A DNA stretch of 64,000 bases from Rhodospirillales bacterium (GTDB taxonomy: Bacteria > Pseudomonadota > Alphaproteobacteria > SMXQ01): the NCBI GenBank assembly GCA_018666775.1, contig JABIXC010000010.1, forward strand, positions 193,079 through 257,078, given 5' to 3'. Positions within the stretch are counted from its first letter, which is position 1. Every line of letters starts with the position of its first letter. This document shows, in pieces, positions 45,453 through 57,109 of this stretch. The translations under genes and the position numbers were made by a program. Under the pieces are notes generated by a model. The model searched no databases. It was given only the letters and a program-made list of their open reading frames with translations, and had not been told where the DNA came from.

Positions 45453-46718
45453 TTAAAAATTTTCACGGAGCCATAAACCGACCCGGCCTAATGGACCGGT
45501 CGGCATTCCAGTTCGGGTTCCAATTGTCTGGGTTGTTTCAGGTGCTTCATCGGGACGTCGTACAGCAAAGGCCAGTAATCCGGCGCAGGCGGTAAAAGCC
45601 GGCCCGCCAGTGGAATCGGCCAGCCCGGCGATCTTGAGCGGCCGGCCCAGACGAATTTGTTTGTCCAGAACACTACCGGCCAGTTCAGTAACGCCCTGAA
45701 GCTGGCTGGCACCGCCGGTTAACACCACGCGACGTCCGGCAATTTTGTCGTAGCCGGTCATTTCCAGTTGCCCGCGCAGAAGTTCGAATGTTTCTTCCAG
45801 CCGGGGCCGGATGATTCCGACCAACATGGAGCGGGGTACGTGGTTTGCCTGGGCGCGGTCTTCTTCGCCCATCAATGGCACATCAATCATTTCGCGATCA
45901 TCGGATCCCGATGCCATGGCGTTGCCGTACAGCGTTTTCATGCGTTCGGCATGGGCCATGGGTGTGGAAAGGCCGCGGGCAATATCAGAGGTGACATGGG
46001 TCCCGCCGACGGGAATGGAGGCGCTGTGCAACAGGTGGCCGTCGTAAAATACGGCCAAAGATGTGGTTCCTGCCCCCATGTCAATGACGGTCGCGCCTAA
46101 ATTGGCTTCGTCTTCAACCAATGCGGCAAGGCCAGAAGCATAAGGCGCGATCACAATGTCAGCGACATCCAGACGGCATCGTGCAAGGCAGGTTACCAAG
46201 GTGCGTATGGCCCCGGTGGTGGCCGTGACCACATGCATGTTGACGCCAAGACGTTCGCCATACATGCCGCGCGGGTCGCGGATGCCGCGCGCGCCATCTA
46301 TGGAATAGCCAACGGGGATGCAATGAATTAGTTCGCGTTCATCAGATTGCGATGCGCTATGGCCCTGGGCCAGAACCTTGCGGACATCACCATCGCCCAC
46401 TTCATGTCCGGCGATGGAAAGGTCGTATTGAAGAATTTCGGATTGCGGGGCACCACCGGAAAGATTGACGATGACTTCTTCGATGGTTTCACCGGCCATT
46501 TGTTCGGCAGCGTGGACCGTGGCCAAAATGGCATTTTCTGCCGCTTCGACATCAGAAATAATACCCGCGCGCACCCCGTTCGATGCGTGATGGCCAATGC
46601 CCACGACCCGTATGGTGCCATCATCGCCCACTTTCGCGATGAAGCAGGCGATCTTGGACGTCCCAATATCCAGGGCTGCGATCAAGCCGTTTTTATTTTT
46701 AGCCATGCGTTTTTTCAT
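45453..46718 (-). CDS. ftsA: cell division protein FtsA
   Basis: Actin-like ATPase ([19 protein letters not shown]...). The start is taken at [11 protein letters not shown]; the track ORF extends further 5'. Confidence 0.9.
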   Translation of the reverse strand: MKKRMAKNKNGLIAALDIGTSKIACFIAKVGDDGTIRVVGIGHHASNGVRAGIISDVEAAENAILATVHAAEQMAGETIEEVIVNLSGGAPQSEILQYDLSIAGHEVGDGDVRKVLAQGHSASQSDERELIHCIPVGYSIDGARGIRDPRGMYGERLGVNMHVVTATTGAIRTLVTCLARCRLDVADIVIAPYASGLAALVEDEANLGATVIDMGAGTTSLAVFYDGHLLHSASIPVGGTHVTSDIARGLSTPMAHAERMKTLYGNAMASGSDDREMIDVPLMGEEDRAQANHVPRSMLVGIIRPRLEETFELLRGQLEMTGYDKIAGRRVVLTGGASQLQGVTELAGSVLDKQIRLGRPLKIAGLADSTGGPAFTACAGLLAFAVRRPDEAPETTQTIGTRTGMPTGPLGRVGLWLRENF

Positions 46719-46731
46719 GACGGCATCTTTC

Positions 46732-47631
46732 TCAAGTGTCCTTGCTTGGCCCACGATGGGCATGTCGTTTCTTTTTAAGGGACTTCGCCTTGGGCGATGT
46801 TCGGACCACCAACCGATCGGCAAGGCGCAAATCAATCATGACAATGTCGCGGTCCAGAATGCGCTCAGCAGTGACAAGGCGGGCTAGCTTCAAAACAGCC
46901 CGTGCGGCATTTTTTTCAGGCAACCGGGCAATGACGCCATTGTTGAACTTCAGGTCCCAGCGCCGTTTTGATACCCGGATCATGGCGTGGGTTGCGTCCA
47001 TTAATTTTGGGTGGGCGCGCATGATTTCAATCATGGCCTCTGCGTGTTTCGGGGCATCTTTTCCAACCACCATTGGCAAATGACGCCAAGCACCCAGTCG
47101 GTTGCGATCAATCACAACCCCTTCGCGATCAATCAGGGCCAATCGGCCGCCGCGTTGCCAAAGTGCCAGTGGCACCCGTTCAGCAAGACGCACATAAAGG
47201 GTGTCAGGCAGACGGCGCTCTACGGTTGCAGCGCGAATCCAGGAAAGTTTTTCAAGCCGTAATTTGGCCCCATGGGGATCAAAGCCCAGGATGGCCGATC
47301 CTTGTTTCGCCCCAAGGACACGGGTGATTTTTGCGCGGGGAACACGATTCCTGCCAATGACCAGAACATGGGTAACCCGCAATCCCATTTGGGCACTGAA
47401 ATCGAGGCCCGTGCGGCGGCTCTTTTCAAGGCTGGCGCTGATGACATTGGCACCGTCCCCAAGGGTGAAAAACCATCCCCCACCCAGACCCAGAACAGCA
47501 AAGACCATAAGGAAGAGGCTCCAAACCAGCTTCCTGCGTCCAGCGGCCGATAACCACATCCGGGAACGCCCGGCATGTTTGGGGCGTTTTTTAGGTGTTT
47601 TGGTCGGCGTTGTGCGTTTTAACGCGGGCAT
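46732..47631 (-). CDS. ftsQ: cell division protein FtsQ
   Basis: Basic N-terminus, single TM, and POTRA/FtsQ domain. Confidence 0.88.
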   Translation of the reverse strand: MPALKRTTPTKTPKKRPKHAGRSRMWLSAAGRRKLVWSLFLMVFAVLGLGGGWFFTLGDGANVISASLEKSRRTGLDFSAQMGLRVTHVLVIGRNRVPRAKITRVLGAKQGSAILGFDPHGAKLRLEKLSWIRAATVERRLPDTLYVRLAERVPLALWQRGGRLALIDREGVVIDRNRLGAWRHLPMVVGKDAPKHAEAMIEIMRAHPKLMDATHAMIRVSKRRWDLKFNNGVIARLPEKNAARAVLKLARLVTAERILDRDIVMIDLRLADRLVVRTSPKAKSLKKKRHAHRGPSKDT

Positions 47632-48536
47632 GTTGCGTCCTCTACCATCCAGGCGACAAGATCATTAAAAGAAATGCCCTCATGGGCAGCGATTTCGGGG
47701 ACCAAAGAAAGCGGGGTCATTCCGGGCTGGGTATTAACCTCAAGAATGTAAAACTGGCCCGGTTTATCCCCTGTATCGTCATAGCGAAGGTCGGTCCGGC
47801 TGACCCCTTTGCACCCAAGTGCGTCATGGGCCGTTTGGGCAATTTCCAGCGCTTCGTCGTAGGCAGCCTTTGACAGGGGGGCTGGCATCACATGTTCCGC
47901 CCCGCCTTCGGTGTATTTGGCCTGATAATCATAGAACTGGCCCTTGGGGCGAATTTCAATGGCACCCAGCGCTTCATCGCCCATGACGGCGACCTGAATT
48001 TCGCGACCGGGAATAAACCGCTCAACCAACACCGCATCGCCATAAGACCATTCCCCTGCCAGTGCCGGGGGGGCCGTTTCATCAATCACAATATGAACCC
48101 CGACGCTGGAGCCCTCGCCCAAGGGTTTGACAACATAAGGCGGTGCCATGACGGTGCCTGCCAGAACGTCTGATCGTTCTGCGGTGCGGCCTTCGGCGCA
48201 GGTCAGGCCTGCTTCGGTAAACAGGCGTCGTGCACTGGGTTTGTCCATGGCCAGTGCCGATGCCAGAACCCCGGAATGGGTGTAGGGGATGCCTAAAAAT
48301 TCAAGGACCCCCTGAATGCAACCGTCTTCGCCAAAGCGTCCGTGCAAGGCATTGAAGATCACGTCTGGTTTTGGGTCCAGCGTCGTCAACAGCGCGCTTA
48401 AATCACGGCTGACATCAATTTCACGGACGTCATGGCCAAGGTCGCGAAGGGCTTTCGCACATGCAGCACCCGACACCAGAGAAACCTCACGTTCAACAGA
48501 AGGCCCGCCCATAAGAACAGCGACAGAAAGGGTCAT
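47619..48536 (-). CDS. ddl: D-alanine--D-alanine ligase
   Basis: ATP-grasp Ddl motifs. Confidence 0.93.
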   Translation of the reverse strand: MTLSVAVLMGGPSVEREVSLVSGAACAKALRDLGHDVREIDVSRDLSALLTTLDPKPDVIFNALHGRFGEDGCIQGVLEFLGIPYTHSGVLASALAMDKPSARRLFTEAGLTCAEGRTAERSDVLAGTVMAPPYVVKPLGEGSSVGVHIVIDETAPPALAGEWSYGDAVLVERFIPGREIQVAVMGDEALGAIEIRPKGQFYDYQAKYTEGGAEHVMPAPLSKAAYDEALEIAQTAHDALGCKGVSRTDLRYDDTGDKPGQFYILEVNTQPGMTPLSLVPEIAAHEGISFNDLVAWMVEDATCPR

Positions 48537-49495
48537 GGCTGTGCCCTCTCAATCGGGATGGCTTTGGGGCCATTTTTGGCAGGGATTCCCAAGATGCGAA
48601 TTTCCCATTCCAGGGTGATCCCGGTCTTGGCCTTGACGCGGCGGCGAACTTCTTCGCCCAAAGCCTCAATTTCGGCGGCACTGGCACCGCCTTCATTGAC
48701 CAAGAAATTGCAGTGCAGTTCAGATACCCGGGCATGGCCCAATGCAAGCCCACGACACCCCGCCTGATCAATCAATTCCCAGGCCTTGTGGCCTTCGGGG
48801 TTCTTGAAGGTGGACCCGCCGGTGGGCGTGCGCACGGGCTGGGTCTCTGTGCGGGCCTTTTGAATTTCGGTGATTTGTTCGGCGATGGCTTTGCTGTCGC
48901 CGGGGGTGCCCTTGAACCGGGCAGAGGTGAAAATCCAGTCTTCGTCCACGGTGACATGGCGATAGGTAAAGCCCATATCCGCAGCGCTCAGGGTATGGAT
49001 GGTGCCATCGCCATCAATGGCATCGGCAGAAATCAGCACGTCTTTTATTTCGTGGCCATACGCACCGGCATTCATGCGCAAGGCACCGCCGATGGTACCG
49101 GGAATGCCTGCCATGAATTCAAGCCCGGCAATGGCGTTGGCGCCTGCAAATTTGGCGATATTGGTATCAAGGGCACCGGCGCCAGCGATGATGTCATGAT
49201 CGGTTTGGGATATGGCTGCAAATTCCCTGCCCAGCCGGATGACCACACCGGGAATGCCGCCATCGCGCACCAGAATGTTGGACCCAACGCCAATGATGGT
49301 AACCCCAATGTCTTTGGGCTTGTCGCGCAGGAACGTGGCAAGGTCTTCGGTGTCTTTGGGACGGAACATCACTTCTGCTGGCCCGCCGACGCGAAACCAG
49401 GTGACCTGGCTGAGGTCTGCCCCTTCACGGGTGCGCCCCCTGACCGGAGGAAGGCGATCAAGAAGACGATCCGTTTCTTGTTTTGCCGCCATCAT
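48533..49495 (-). CDS. murB: UDP-N-acetylenolpyruvoylglucosamine reductase
   Basis: FAD-binding MurB fold (FRVGGPAEV...GVGSNILV). Confidence 0.92.
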   Translation of the reverse strand: MMAAKQETDRLLDRLPPVRGRTREGADLSQVTWFRVGGPAEVMFRPKDTEDLATFLRDKPKDIGVTIIGVGSNILVRDGGIPGVVIRLGREFAAISQTDHDIIAGAGALDTNIAKFAGANAIAGLEFMAGIPGTIGGALRMNAGAYGHEIKDVLISADAIDGDGTIHTLSAADMGFTYRHVTVDEDWIFTSARFKGTPGDSKAIAEQITEIQKARTETQPVRTPTGGSTFKNPEGHKAWELIDQAGCRGLALGHARVSELHCNFLVNEGGASAAEIEALGEEVRRRVKAKTGITLEWEIRILGIPAKNGPKAIPIERAQP

Positions 49496-50922
49496 GATCG
49501 GCCCTCATTTTGTTCGCTGTCGTTACCAGCTAATTCACCGGGCAGCGCTTGGGCCCAGTTGGTGATCGATCCTGCCCCCAGGCAGACCACCAGATCATCT
49601 GGTCGTGCCATGGTTTTTATAAGGCCCGCTAAATTTTCAGGGGCTTCAAGGGCGATGACGTCGCGGTGGCCGTGGGCGCGGATGCCGTCTACCAGTTCGT
49701 CCCGGTCAATGCCGATGATGGGGGTTTCCCCTGCGGCATAAACATCAGAAACGATGACGGTGTCGGCATCATTGAAGCAGGTGCAGAAATCTTCGAACAG
49801 CGCTTGCAGTCGCGAGTACCGGTGGGGCTGGACCACGGCAAAAATGCGGCCCTTACAGGCACCGCGCGCGCCTGCCAGAACAGCAGCAATTTCTACGGGA
49901 TGGTGGCCATAATCATCAATGACGGTGACCCCATTGGCCTCGCCGGTTTTGGTGAAGCGTCGTTTAACCCCGGCAAAGGCATTTAACGATTTGCGAATAA
50001 CACCATCATCAACGCCCATTTCCTGGGCAACGGTGATGGCGGCCAGCGCATTCTGGACATTGTGCCCGCCCAGCATCGGCAGGGTGATGGCTTCGAGGGT
50101 GCGGGGATTCGATGATGCCCTAGGGGTCAAGATGACATCGAAATGGGTCATGCCCGCTTCGCCCCGAACATTAACGGCCCGGACATCGGCTTGGGGGCTC
50201 ATGCCATAGGTGATCAGTCTGCGATCAGCGACCCGTGGGATCATGGCCTGAACTTCGCCGTGGTCAATGCACAATGCGGCAAAGCCATAGAAGGGGATGT
50301 TTTGGACAAAGGAAACGAAGGCGGTGCGCAGGGTGTCAAAATCACCGTAAAAATCCAGATGTTCGGGATCAATGTTGGTGACGACTGCAATGGTGGCGGG
50401 CAGTTTGGTAAAGGTGCCATCCGATTCGTCGGCTTCCACCACCATCCATTCCCCCTCACCTAACCGGGCATTGGAACCATAGGCATTGAGAATGCCGCCA
50501 TTGATCACGGTGGGATCAAGTTCTGCTCCATCAAGAATGGCCGATATCAAGGACGTGGTTGTTGTCTTGCCATGGGTCCCCCCAACGGCGATGGACCATT
50601 TAAGGCGCATCAATTCGGCCAGCATTTCGGCGCGGCGCACGATGGGGATCAAACGCGTGCGCGCGGCTTCCAGTTCCGGGTTGTCGCGGGGAATGGCCGA
50701 TGAAATAACAACAACCTGTGTTTCCCCAAGGTTATCGGCATCGTGACCAATATGAACAACAATTCCCATATCCCGAAGGCGGACGACGTTGGGATTGTCT
50801 GAAACATCGGAACCCTGAACCTTGTAGCCCAGATTGTGAAGAATTTCGGCGATGCCACTCATGCCGATGCCGCCGATGCCGACAAAATGAATGGTGCCAA
50901 TGGTAAGGGGGAGTGCCTTCAT
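49492..50922 (-). CDS. murC: UDP-N-acetylmuramate--L-alanine ligase
   Basis: Mur ligase with [10 protein letters not shown]. Confidence 0.95.
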   Translation of the reverse strand: MKALPLTIGTIHFVGIGGIGMSGIAEILHNLGYKVQGSDVSDNPNVVRLRDMGIVVHIGHDADNLGETQVVVISSAIPRDNPELEAARTRLIPIVRRAEMLAELMRLKWSIAVGGTHGKTTTTSLISAILDGAELDPTVINGGILNAYGSNARLGEGEWMVVEADESDGTFTKLPATIAVVTNIDPEHLDFYGDFDTLRTAFVSFVQNIPFYGFAALCIDHGEVQAMIPRVADRRLITYGMSPQADVRAVNVRGEAGMTHFDVILTPRASSNPRTLEAITLPMLGGHNVQNALAAITVAQEMGVDDGVIRKSLNAFAGVKRRFTKTGEANGVTVIDDYGHHPVEIAAVLAGARGACKGRIFAVVQPHRYSRLQALFEDFCTCFNDADTVIVSDVYAAGETPIIGIDRDELVDGIRAHGHRDVIALEAPENLAGLIKTMARPDDLVVCLGAGSITNWAQALPGELAGNDSEQNEGRS

Positions 50923-52073
50923 GCGGCTTTCCTTCCAGGCTCACCACAATTGCTGGTGGGCACCATGCCCATGACCAGCGCTGCCATGTTTCTGGCGGCA
51001 TCTTTTTGGCCCGCAGCCCGTGCGGCTGTCGCCATGGTTTCTATGGCCCGGGGCTGGCTGAAAATTAATTTCAACCGCGCGGCAAGGGTTGTCGGGGTGA
51101 AGTCGGGCTCATGGATCATTTCAGCCCCACCCTGATCGACCATGGCCTGGGCATTGGCGGTTTGGTGATCGTCTGCCGCATGGGGGTAGGGAACCAGAAT
51201 TGCCGGGCGGCCCGCCGTGGTTAGTTCTGCAATGGTGGATGCCCCGGAACGGCATATCACAAGATGCGCATTGCCCAGCCGTTCGGCAAGATCGTCAAAG
51301 AACGGGGCCAATTCCACCTTCAGTCCAATTTTGTCATAGGCAGCGCGGACCATTTCCATATCTTCCGGGCGACATTGCTGGGTCAGGTGGATGCGGTCGC
51401 GCAAATCATTGGGAAGTGCCGCCATGGTTTGGGGAATCACGGTGCTGAAAACGCTGGCACCTTGGCTGCCACCAGTCACCAATAAATTGATGGGGTTGCT
51501 TTTCCCTGCCTCCCGGAAGGGACGGATGCGCAAATCCCGGATCTGTTCACGAACGGGGTTGCCGGTAAAGATTACTTTTGGTGCATCCCTGGGGTTCAGT
51601 CGGGCCACCTCTTCGAAGGACGTGGCGATTGCCGATACCCGTGGGGCCAAAAGCCTGTTGGCGCGGCCCAGCAACGCATTTTGTTCGTGGATCACCGTTG
51701 GCAGGCCCAGATTGGTGGCTGCCATCATGGTTGCAACAGATGGATATCCGCCAAACCCGACCACCACTGAAGGGGACAGCCTTTGCAACAGGCGTCGCGA
51801 TCGCAAGGCACCGTACGCAAGTGTGGCAAACCCCATGATTTTTGCACCCAAGGCAACGCCGCTGACCCGTTGGGCAGGGATGGCATGGGTGGTGACATCA
51901 TTCAGGGAACCAGACCAGGTTTTGCCGCGCTGGTCCGTAAACAAGGCGAGCGTTTGCCCCAGCCTTTGCAATTCTTCTGCCAGCGCCTGTGCCGGAAAAA
52001 CATGCCCGCCGGTGCCGCCGGTAACAAGGACGATGGGGTGACGCCGTGTAATTTCGGATGCGGTTGTCGTCAT
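50919..52073 (-). CDS. murG: undecaprenyldiphospho-muramoylpentapeptide beta-N-acetylglucosaminyltransferase
   Basis: GT28 family ([17 protein letters not shown]). Confidence 0.95.
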   Translation of the reverse strand: MTTTASEITRRHPIVLVTGGTGGHVFPAQALAEELQRLGQTLALFTDQRGKTWSGSLNDVTTHAIPAQRVSGVALGAKIMGFATLAYGALRSRRLLQRLSPSVVVGFGGYPSVATMMAATNLGLPTVIHEQNALLGRANRLLAPRVSAIATSFEEVARLNPRDAPKVIFTGNPVREQIRDLRIRPFREAGKSNPINLLVTGGSQGASVFSTVIPQTMAALPNDLRDRIHLTQQCRPEDMEMVRAAYDKIGLKVELAPFFDDLAERLGNAHLVICRSGASTIAELTTAGRPAILVPYPHAADDHQTANAQAMVDQGGAEMIHEPDFTPTTLAARLKLIFSQPRAIETMATAARAAGQKDAARNMAALVMGMVPTSNCGEPGRKAA

Positions 52074-53191
52074 GTCTCCCCCAATCCAATCCGCTTTCGG
52101 GTCAATGCCAGCACCATGCCCATGGTGATGGCAATGCCGATGAGCGATGACCCGCCATAAGAGATAAAGGGAAGCGTCATGCCCTTGGTGGGGATGAGGT
52201 TCAGGGTCGATGCCATGTGAATGACCGCCTGGAGGCCAAACTGGGTCAGCAATCCGGTGACCGCCAGCAAGATGAACAGGTTATGGGTATTGAGGCTTCT
52301 GGCAATCCCACGCAAGACCACAAAGGCAAACAACAGAACGATTATAAGACAGGCCAACAGACCAAGTTCTTCGCCCGCCACGGCAAAGATGAAATCAGAA
52401 TGGGCATCGGGCAGGATTTCCTTGACCGTGCCCTCACCGGGGCCGCGTCCAAACAGGCCGCCGTTCATGAAGGCTTCTAATCCGGTCAGCGCCTGAAAAT
52501 TATCGCCAGCGGCCGGGTCCAGAAAACGGTCAATGCGGCTGGAGAAATGGGGCAAATAAGCATAAGCCAGCGCTGCCCCGCCTCCGGCCAGCACGATCGC
52601 GCCGACAAGCCAGTAAAGTGGCATGCCTGCGATAAAGAACTGGGCAAAGAACATGGCAGTGACCACAGCGGTCATGCCCATATCGGGTTGCAGGACAAGC
52701 AGCAGAACGGTCAGCCCATAAAGGGCGAATGCGATCCATTGGCCCGGGAACTTTTCGTTCATCTTGGCCGTTGCCATCATCCAGGCAATAGTAATGGCGA
52801 AGGCTGGCTTGATCAGCTCTGAGGGTTGCAAAGACAGGCTGGCAATTCTGATCCAGCGCCTAGCACCCTTGATCTCTATTCCCATCAACAGGGTCGCCAC
52901 CATCAGGACAATGGAAATCAGGAACAGGGCGACACCAACGCGGCGGATGCCCCGGGGTTCCATCATTGATAATCCAAAGATGGCAATGGTTGCGGGGATC
53001 AGATAGATCATCTGGCGGTTGACGAAGTAATAAGAGTCATACCCGATGCGCTCAGCAACGGCGGGGGATGCTGCCAGCGTTAACAAGATGCCAAACGCAA
53101 TCAGCCCGCCAATGGCGGCCAGCGTCCAACGGTCCACGGACCACCACCAGTTGGCCATGACAGAGGTATCAGTGCGGGCAAAGCTGATCAT
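52070..53191 (-). CDS. ftsW: peptidoglycan glycosyltransferase FtsW (SEDS family)
   Basis: Ten-TM SEDS protein in the canonical dcw position. Confidence 0.92.
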   Translation of the reverse strand: MISFARTDTSVMANWWWSVDRWTLAAIGGLIAFGILLTLAASPAVAERIGYDSYYFVNRQMIYLIPATIAIFGLSMMEPRGIRRVGVALFLISIVLMVATLLMGIEIKGARRWIRIASLSLQPSELIKPAFAITIAWMMATAKMNEKFPGQWIAFALYGLTVLLLVLQPDMGMTAVVTAMFFAQFFIAGMPLYWLVGAIVLAGGGAALAYAYLPHFSSRIDRFLDPAAGDNFQALTGLEAFMNGGLFGRGPGEGTVKEILPDAHSDFIFAVAGEELGLLACLIIVLLFAFVVLRGIARSLNTHNLFILLAVTGLLTQFGLQAVIHMASTLNLIPTKGMTLPFISYGGSSLIGIAITMGMVLALTRKRIGLGET

Positions 53192-54567
53192 GATCCTGTC
53201 TCCAGGGCTTCAACCCCATGGCGGAAGGCCATGCCGCGGGCTTCGAAATTTGCAAATTGATCAAAGGACGCACAGGCGGGCGATAGCAGAACGACAGATT
53301 CTTCTGTCGATGAAGCGGCTGCCGCGTAAGCCGCAGCAATGGCCCCGTCCAGATCATCGCAATGGCTGTGGGGGACGTCATCGCCAAGGGTGTTGGCAAT
53401 GTCGTCAGCGGCTTCACCGATTAAAAAGGCGTGTTTGATCCTTGAAAATGCCGGGGCTAAATCTTCAAACCCGCCATCTTTGGCCCTGCCACCGGCAATC
53501 CAGTAAACATGGTCGTAACATTCAAGGGCGCGTAGCGCTGCAATGGGATTGGTTGCTTTTGAATCATTGACGAAGCGGATGGTGCCAGCGCGCCGGATTA
53601 ATTCCTGGCGATGGGCAAGACCGGGATAGGTTTTAAGGGCCGTGGCAATGCTGGCTGCATCAATGCCTGCTGCCAGCGCCGTGGCCGTGGCAGCCGCCGC
53701 GTTTTGGTGATTGTGTGCCCCGGGTAAATTTTCTACATCGCGGATGTCGGCAATGAGATGCTTTTTCCCATCCCGGTTGTCGATCACACAGCCATTTTCG
53801 ATGCCAATGCCACCGTCAATTATCGAACTGCCCGAAATGGGGACAATGTTCATGCCGCCTTTTTCTTCCAGGCGGGCACAGAGCGCACGACAATGGTCAT
53901 CGTCGGTACCAACGATGGCGATGGCATTATTTCGGGTCAGGGCGAACAGGTTTTCCTTTGCCGCAACGTAGCCATCTATCCCGCCATGGCGGTCAAGGTG
54001 ATCGGGGCTGATGTTGATCAACACCGCGATGTCAAAGGCCGCCGCCGTGATCCGTTCAATCTGATAGCTGGATAATTCCAATATATAGGTGCCATCGGCG
54101 CCCAATTCGGAAAGCCCTAAAGCCGCCGGTCCAAGGTTCCCCCCGATTGCGGCTTTGCGCCCGGCGTTTGCAAAAATATGGCCAAGAAGGGCAGTCACGG
54201 TGGATTTGCCATTGGTGCCGGTGATGCCAATAAAATTGGCATTACGTTGTGCTTCGGCCAGCAATTCAACATCGCAAATAATGGGAACCCCTGCGCCCCG
54301 CGCCCGTTCGGCCACAGGATGGGGGCTTGGAAAACTGTGGGGAATGCCGGGGCTAAGGACCAGCGCACATGTATCAGAAAAATCGGCTTGACCCAGATCG
54401 CCAAGGGGAATGCCTTTAAGGGCGGCAGCTTCGCGTCTCGGGCCATCATCATCCCATGCGGTGACATTGGCACCGGAACGCTGCAATGCTTCGGCCGCGA
54501 TCAACCCCGATAGGCCAAGGCCCATGACCGCATACGTATTGCCAGTTGTTTGTGGAAGCCGGATCAT
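53188..54567 (-). CDS. murD: UDP-N-acetylmuramoylalanine--D-glutamate ligase
   Basis: Mur ligase (GITGTNGKSTVT). Confidence 0.93.
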   Translation of the reverse strand: MIRLPQTTGNTYAVMGLGLSGLIAAEALQRSGANVTAWDDDGPRREAAALKGIPLGDLGQADFSDTCALVLSPGIPHSFPSPHPVAERARGAGVPIICDVELLAEAQRNANFIGITGTNGKSTVTALLGHIFANAGRKAAIGGNLGPAALGLSELGADGTYILELSSYQIERITAAAFDIAVLINISPDHLDRHGGIDGYVAAKENLFALTRNNAIAIVGTDDDHCRALCARLEEKGGMNIVPISGSSIIDGGIGIENGCVIDNRDGKKHLIADIRDVENLPGAHNHQNAAAATATALAAGIDAASIATALKTYPGLAHRQELIRRAGTIRFVNDSKATNPIAALRALECYDHVYWIAGGRAKDGGFEDLAPAFSRIKHAFLIGEAADDIANTLGDDVPHSHCDDLDGAIAAAYAAAASSTEESVVLLSPACASFDQFANFEARGMAFRHGVEALETGS

Positions 54568-54571
54568 CTCA

Positions 54572-55660
54572 TCACCTCAGCTTCAGGGTGCTAAGCCCGA
54601 TCAAGGCCAGGATCATGGCGATAATCCAGAAGCGAATGACAATGGTGGCCTCAGCCCAGCCTTTTTGTTCAAAATGATGATGCAGCGGTGCCATCCGAAA
54701 GACGCGCTTTCCGGTCAACTTGAAGGATGCCACCTGAACAATCACCGAAATTGTTTCCAGAACAAACAACCCACCGATGATGGCCAGCACCAATTCGTGT
54801 TTGGTGATAACGCTGATGGTGCCAAGGGCACCGCCCACGGATAGGGAACCGGTATCGCCCATGAAGACCATGGCGGGCGGGGCGTTGAACCACAGAAACC
54901 CAAGACTGGCCCCAACGAGAGCGCCACAGAACACGGCTAGCTCTCCGGTTCCGGGGACAAAATGAAGTTGCAGGTAATTTGAAAAGACGGCGTTGCCCAC
55001 CAGATATGAAATCAGGGCAAAACAACCAGCCGCAATCATAACCGGAACAATGGCGAGCCCATCCAGCCCATCGGTCAAATTCACCGCATTGGATGCCCCG
55101 ACCATGACCAGAATTGCGAATACCGGGAAAAACCAGCCGAGATTAAGCAGCAAGTTTTTAAAGAATGGCACCGCTAATGTCGTGGCAAGGGGGTCGCGGG
55201 TAATTTCCATCACCCAAAGGGCTGCAATCAGCGCGATGGTGATTTCCATTGAAATGCGAAGTTTGCCTTTCAGGCCCCGGTGATTCATGCGGGTGAGTTT
55301 CAGATAATCATCGGCAAAGCCAATGGCGCCGAAGCCAAGGGTGACCAGCATCACCACCCAGACATATTGGTTGGTCAGGTCAGCCCACAATAAGGTGCCG
55401 ACGGAAACCCCAAGAAGGATAATGAAGCCGCCCATGGTGGGCGTCCCCTTTTTGGTCAACAGATGGCTTTCGGGACCATCTTCACGAATGGGTTGGCCTT
55501 CGGCCTGGCGCGATTTCAGCCAGCGGATAACGCAAGGCCCGGTCAGGAAGCAGACAATCAGCGCGGTCATGACCGCAGCACCAGAGCGAAAGGTGAGATA
55601 GCGGAATAGGTTGAGCACAGGAAAATCAACGGCCAGCGGGGAGAGAAGGTTGTAGAGCAT
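54572..55660 (-). CDS. mraY: phospho-N-acetylmuramoyl-pentapeptide transferase
   Basis: Canonical MraY TM protein. Confidence 0.95.
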   Translation of the reverse strand: MLYNLLSPLAVDFPVLNLFRYLTFRSGAAVMTALIVCFLTGPCVIRWLKSRQAEGQPIREDGPESHLLTKKGTPTMGGFIILLGVSVGTLLWADLTNQYVWVVMLVTLGFGAIGFADDYLKLTRMNHRGLKGKLRISMEITIALIAALWVMEITRDPLATTLAVPFFKNLLLNLGWFFPVFAILVMVGASNAVNLTDGLDGLAIVPVMIAAGCFALISYLVGNAVFSNYLQLHFVPGTGELAVFCGALVGASLGFLWFNAPPAMVFMGDTGSLSVGGALGTISVITKHELVLAIIGGLFVLETISVIVQVASFKLTGKRVFRMAPLHHHFEQKGWAEATIVIRFWIIAMILALIGLSTLKLR

Positions 55661-55666
55661 ATCGGG

Positions 55667-57109
55667 TCAGCCTCCATTCGCTGCGGTTGGGGTGGATGGC
55701 GGTATTGAAAGCGCTTCAACGACCGTGCCCAGATGTTGGCTGTTTGATGCCTTGACCAGCACCACGTCACCCGATTGCAAAGTGCGTTCCAGCAGGGGAA
55801 CCAGTTCATCAGCGTGGGTTGTGTGGCCGCCGCGTTTGGAACGGGGCAGGGCATCATCAAGGTGCATCATGTTGTCGCCCGTGGTCAGGACCAGATCGAC
55901 CCCGGATGCAAGAAGATCTTCGGCCAGTCCTTCGTGGGTTCTGGCAGAGCCATGGCCCAATTCCAGCATATCGCCCAGAACGGCAATGCGTCGGCCACCG
56001 TCGCCGGGGATGCATTCTGCCAATACCTTGAAGGCGGCGCGCATGGAGGCTGGGGATGCATTGTATGAATCATCAATCACCGTTGCCGTGCTGCCGTCAT
56101 TCAAAATGACGGAAAGCCGTCGCCCGCGTCCAGCCGGGGTTGGCATGGTGCCCAGCATGTGTAGTGCGCCATCAAGATCACCACCCCCAACCTGGATTGC
56201 GGCTAGCACAGCCATGGCGTTTTGTGCGGAATGGCGCCCTGGCAGTGCCAGAGAGAAATCAATCACGGTGCCCATGACATCGGCAGAGACAATGGATGCG
56301 CCATTGCCCCGGAAAGAAAGCAGGCGAACGTCTGAGCTTGGGTTTTCCCCAAAGGACACAATGCGGTCAATGCCGCGGGTTCGGGCCTCATTAGCAAGCA
56401 GGTCAAAATAGGGGTTGTCGCGGTTGAGGATGGCCGTGCCCGCACCGCGCATGCCATCGAAAATTTCGGATTTGGCAAAGGCGATTTCTTCAACGGATTT
56501 GAAAAATTCCAGATGCACCGCTTCGACGGTGGTGATGATAGCAATTTCGGGATAGAGCAGCCGTGAAAGTGGTGTGATTTCGCCCGCATGGTTCATGCCG
56601 ATTTCGAACACACCGAAATCGCTGTCGCCATGCATCCGGGCCAAAGATAAAGGCACCCCCCAGCGGTTGTTAAGATTGCCCTGGCTGGTTGTGACCGTCC
56701 CCGATGGTGCCAATGCCGCGCCTAAGGCTTCCTTGGTGCTGGTTTTGCCAACGCTGCCCGTGATGGCAATGATTTTAGCATCGGCGCGTTTGCGCGCAGT
56801 CCGGGCCAGCTTCATCAGACCGGCATAGGTGTCATCGACGATCAATAGGGGATGTCCGCCGCCGTGATCTGATGGGATGTGTTCAACCATTGCCGCCGCC
56901 GCCCCTGCAGCAAAGGCATCATCGAGAAAAATATGGGCATCGCGATTTTCACCACGGATGGCAATGAACAGATCGCCGGGTTCCACAGTGCGGGTGTCAA
57001 TGCTTACCCCTTGTGCAAGCCAGGGTTGGGTTGAATGTCCCCCGGTGGCAGCCTCTGCCTCTGTAGCGGTCCACAATGGTGTGGTGGGAGATGGGATGGT
57101 CGCCGTCAT
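55667..57109 (-). CDS. murF: UDP-N-acetylmuramoyl-tripeptide--D-alanyl-D-alanine ligase
   Basis: Mur ligase (ITGSVGKTSTKE). Confidence 0.93.
   Translation of the reverse strand: MTATIPSPTTPLWTATEAEAATGGHSTQPWLAQGVSIDTRTVEPGDLFIAIRGENRDAHIFLDDAFAAGAAAAMVEHIPSDHGGGHPLLIVDDTYAGLMKLARTARKRADAKIIAITGSVGKTSTKEALGAALAPSGTVTTSQGNLNNRWGVPLSLARMHGDSDFGVFEIGMNHAGEITPLSRLLYPEIAIITTVEAVHLEFFKSVEEIAFAKSEIFDGMRGAGTAILNRDNPYFDLLANEARTRGIDRIVSFGENPSSDVRLLSFRGNGASIVSADVMGTVIDFSLALPGRHSAQNAMAVLAAIQVGGGDLDGALHMLGTMPTPAGRGRRLSVILNDGSTATVIDDSYNASPASMRAAFKVLAECIPGDGGRRIAVLGDMLELGHGSARTHEGLAEDLLASGVDLVLTTGDNMMHLDDALPRSKRGGHTTHADELVPLLERTLQSGDVVLVKASNSQHLGTVVEALSIPPSTPTAANGG

Noticed and set aside
43811-45595. Multiple 100-215-aa plus-strand ORFs (Gly/Ala/Thr-rich)
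   Set aside because: They are antisense to the ftsZ linker and core, so they are repeat-driven artefacts.
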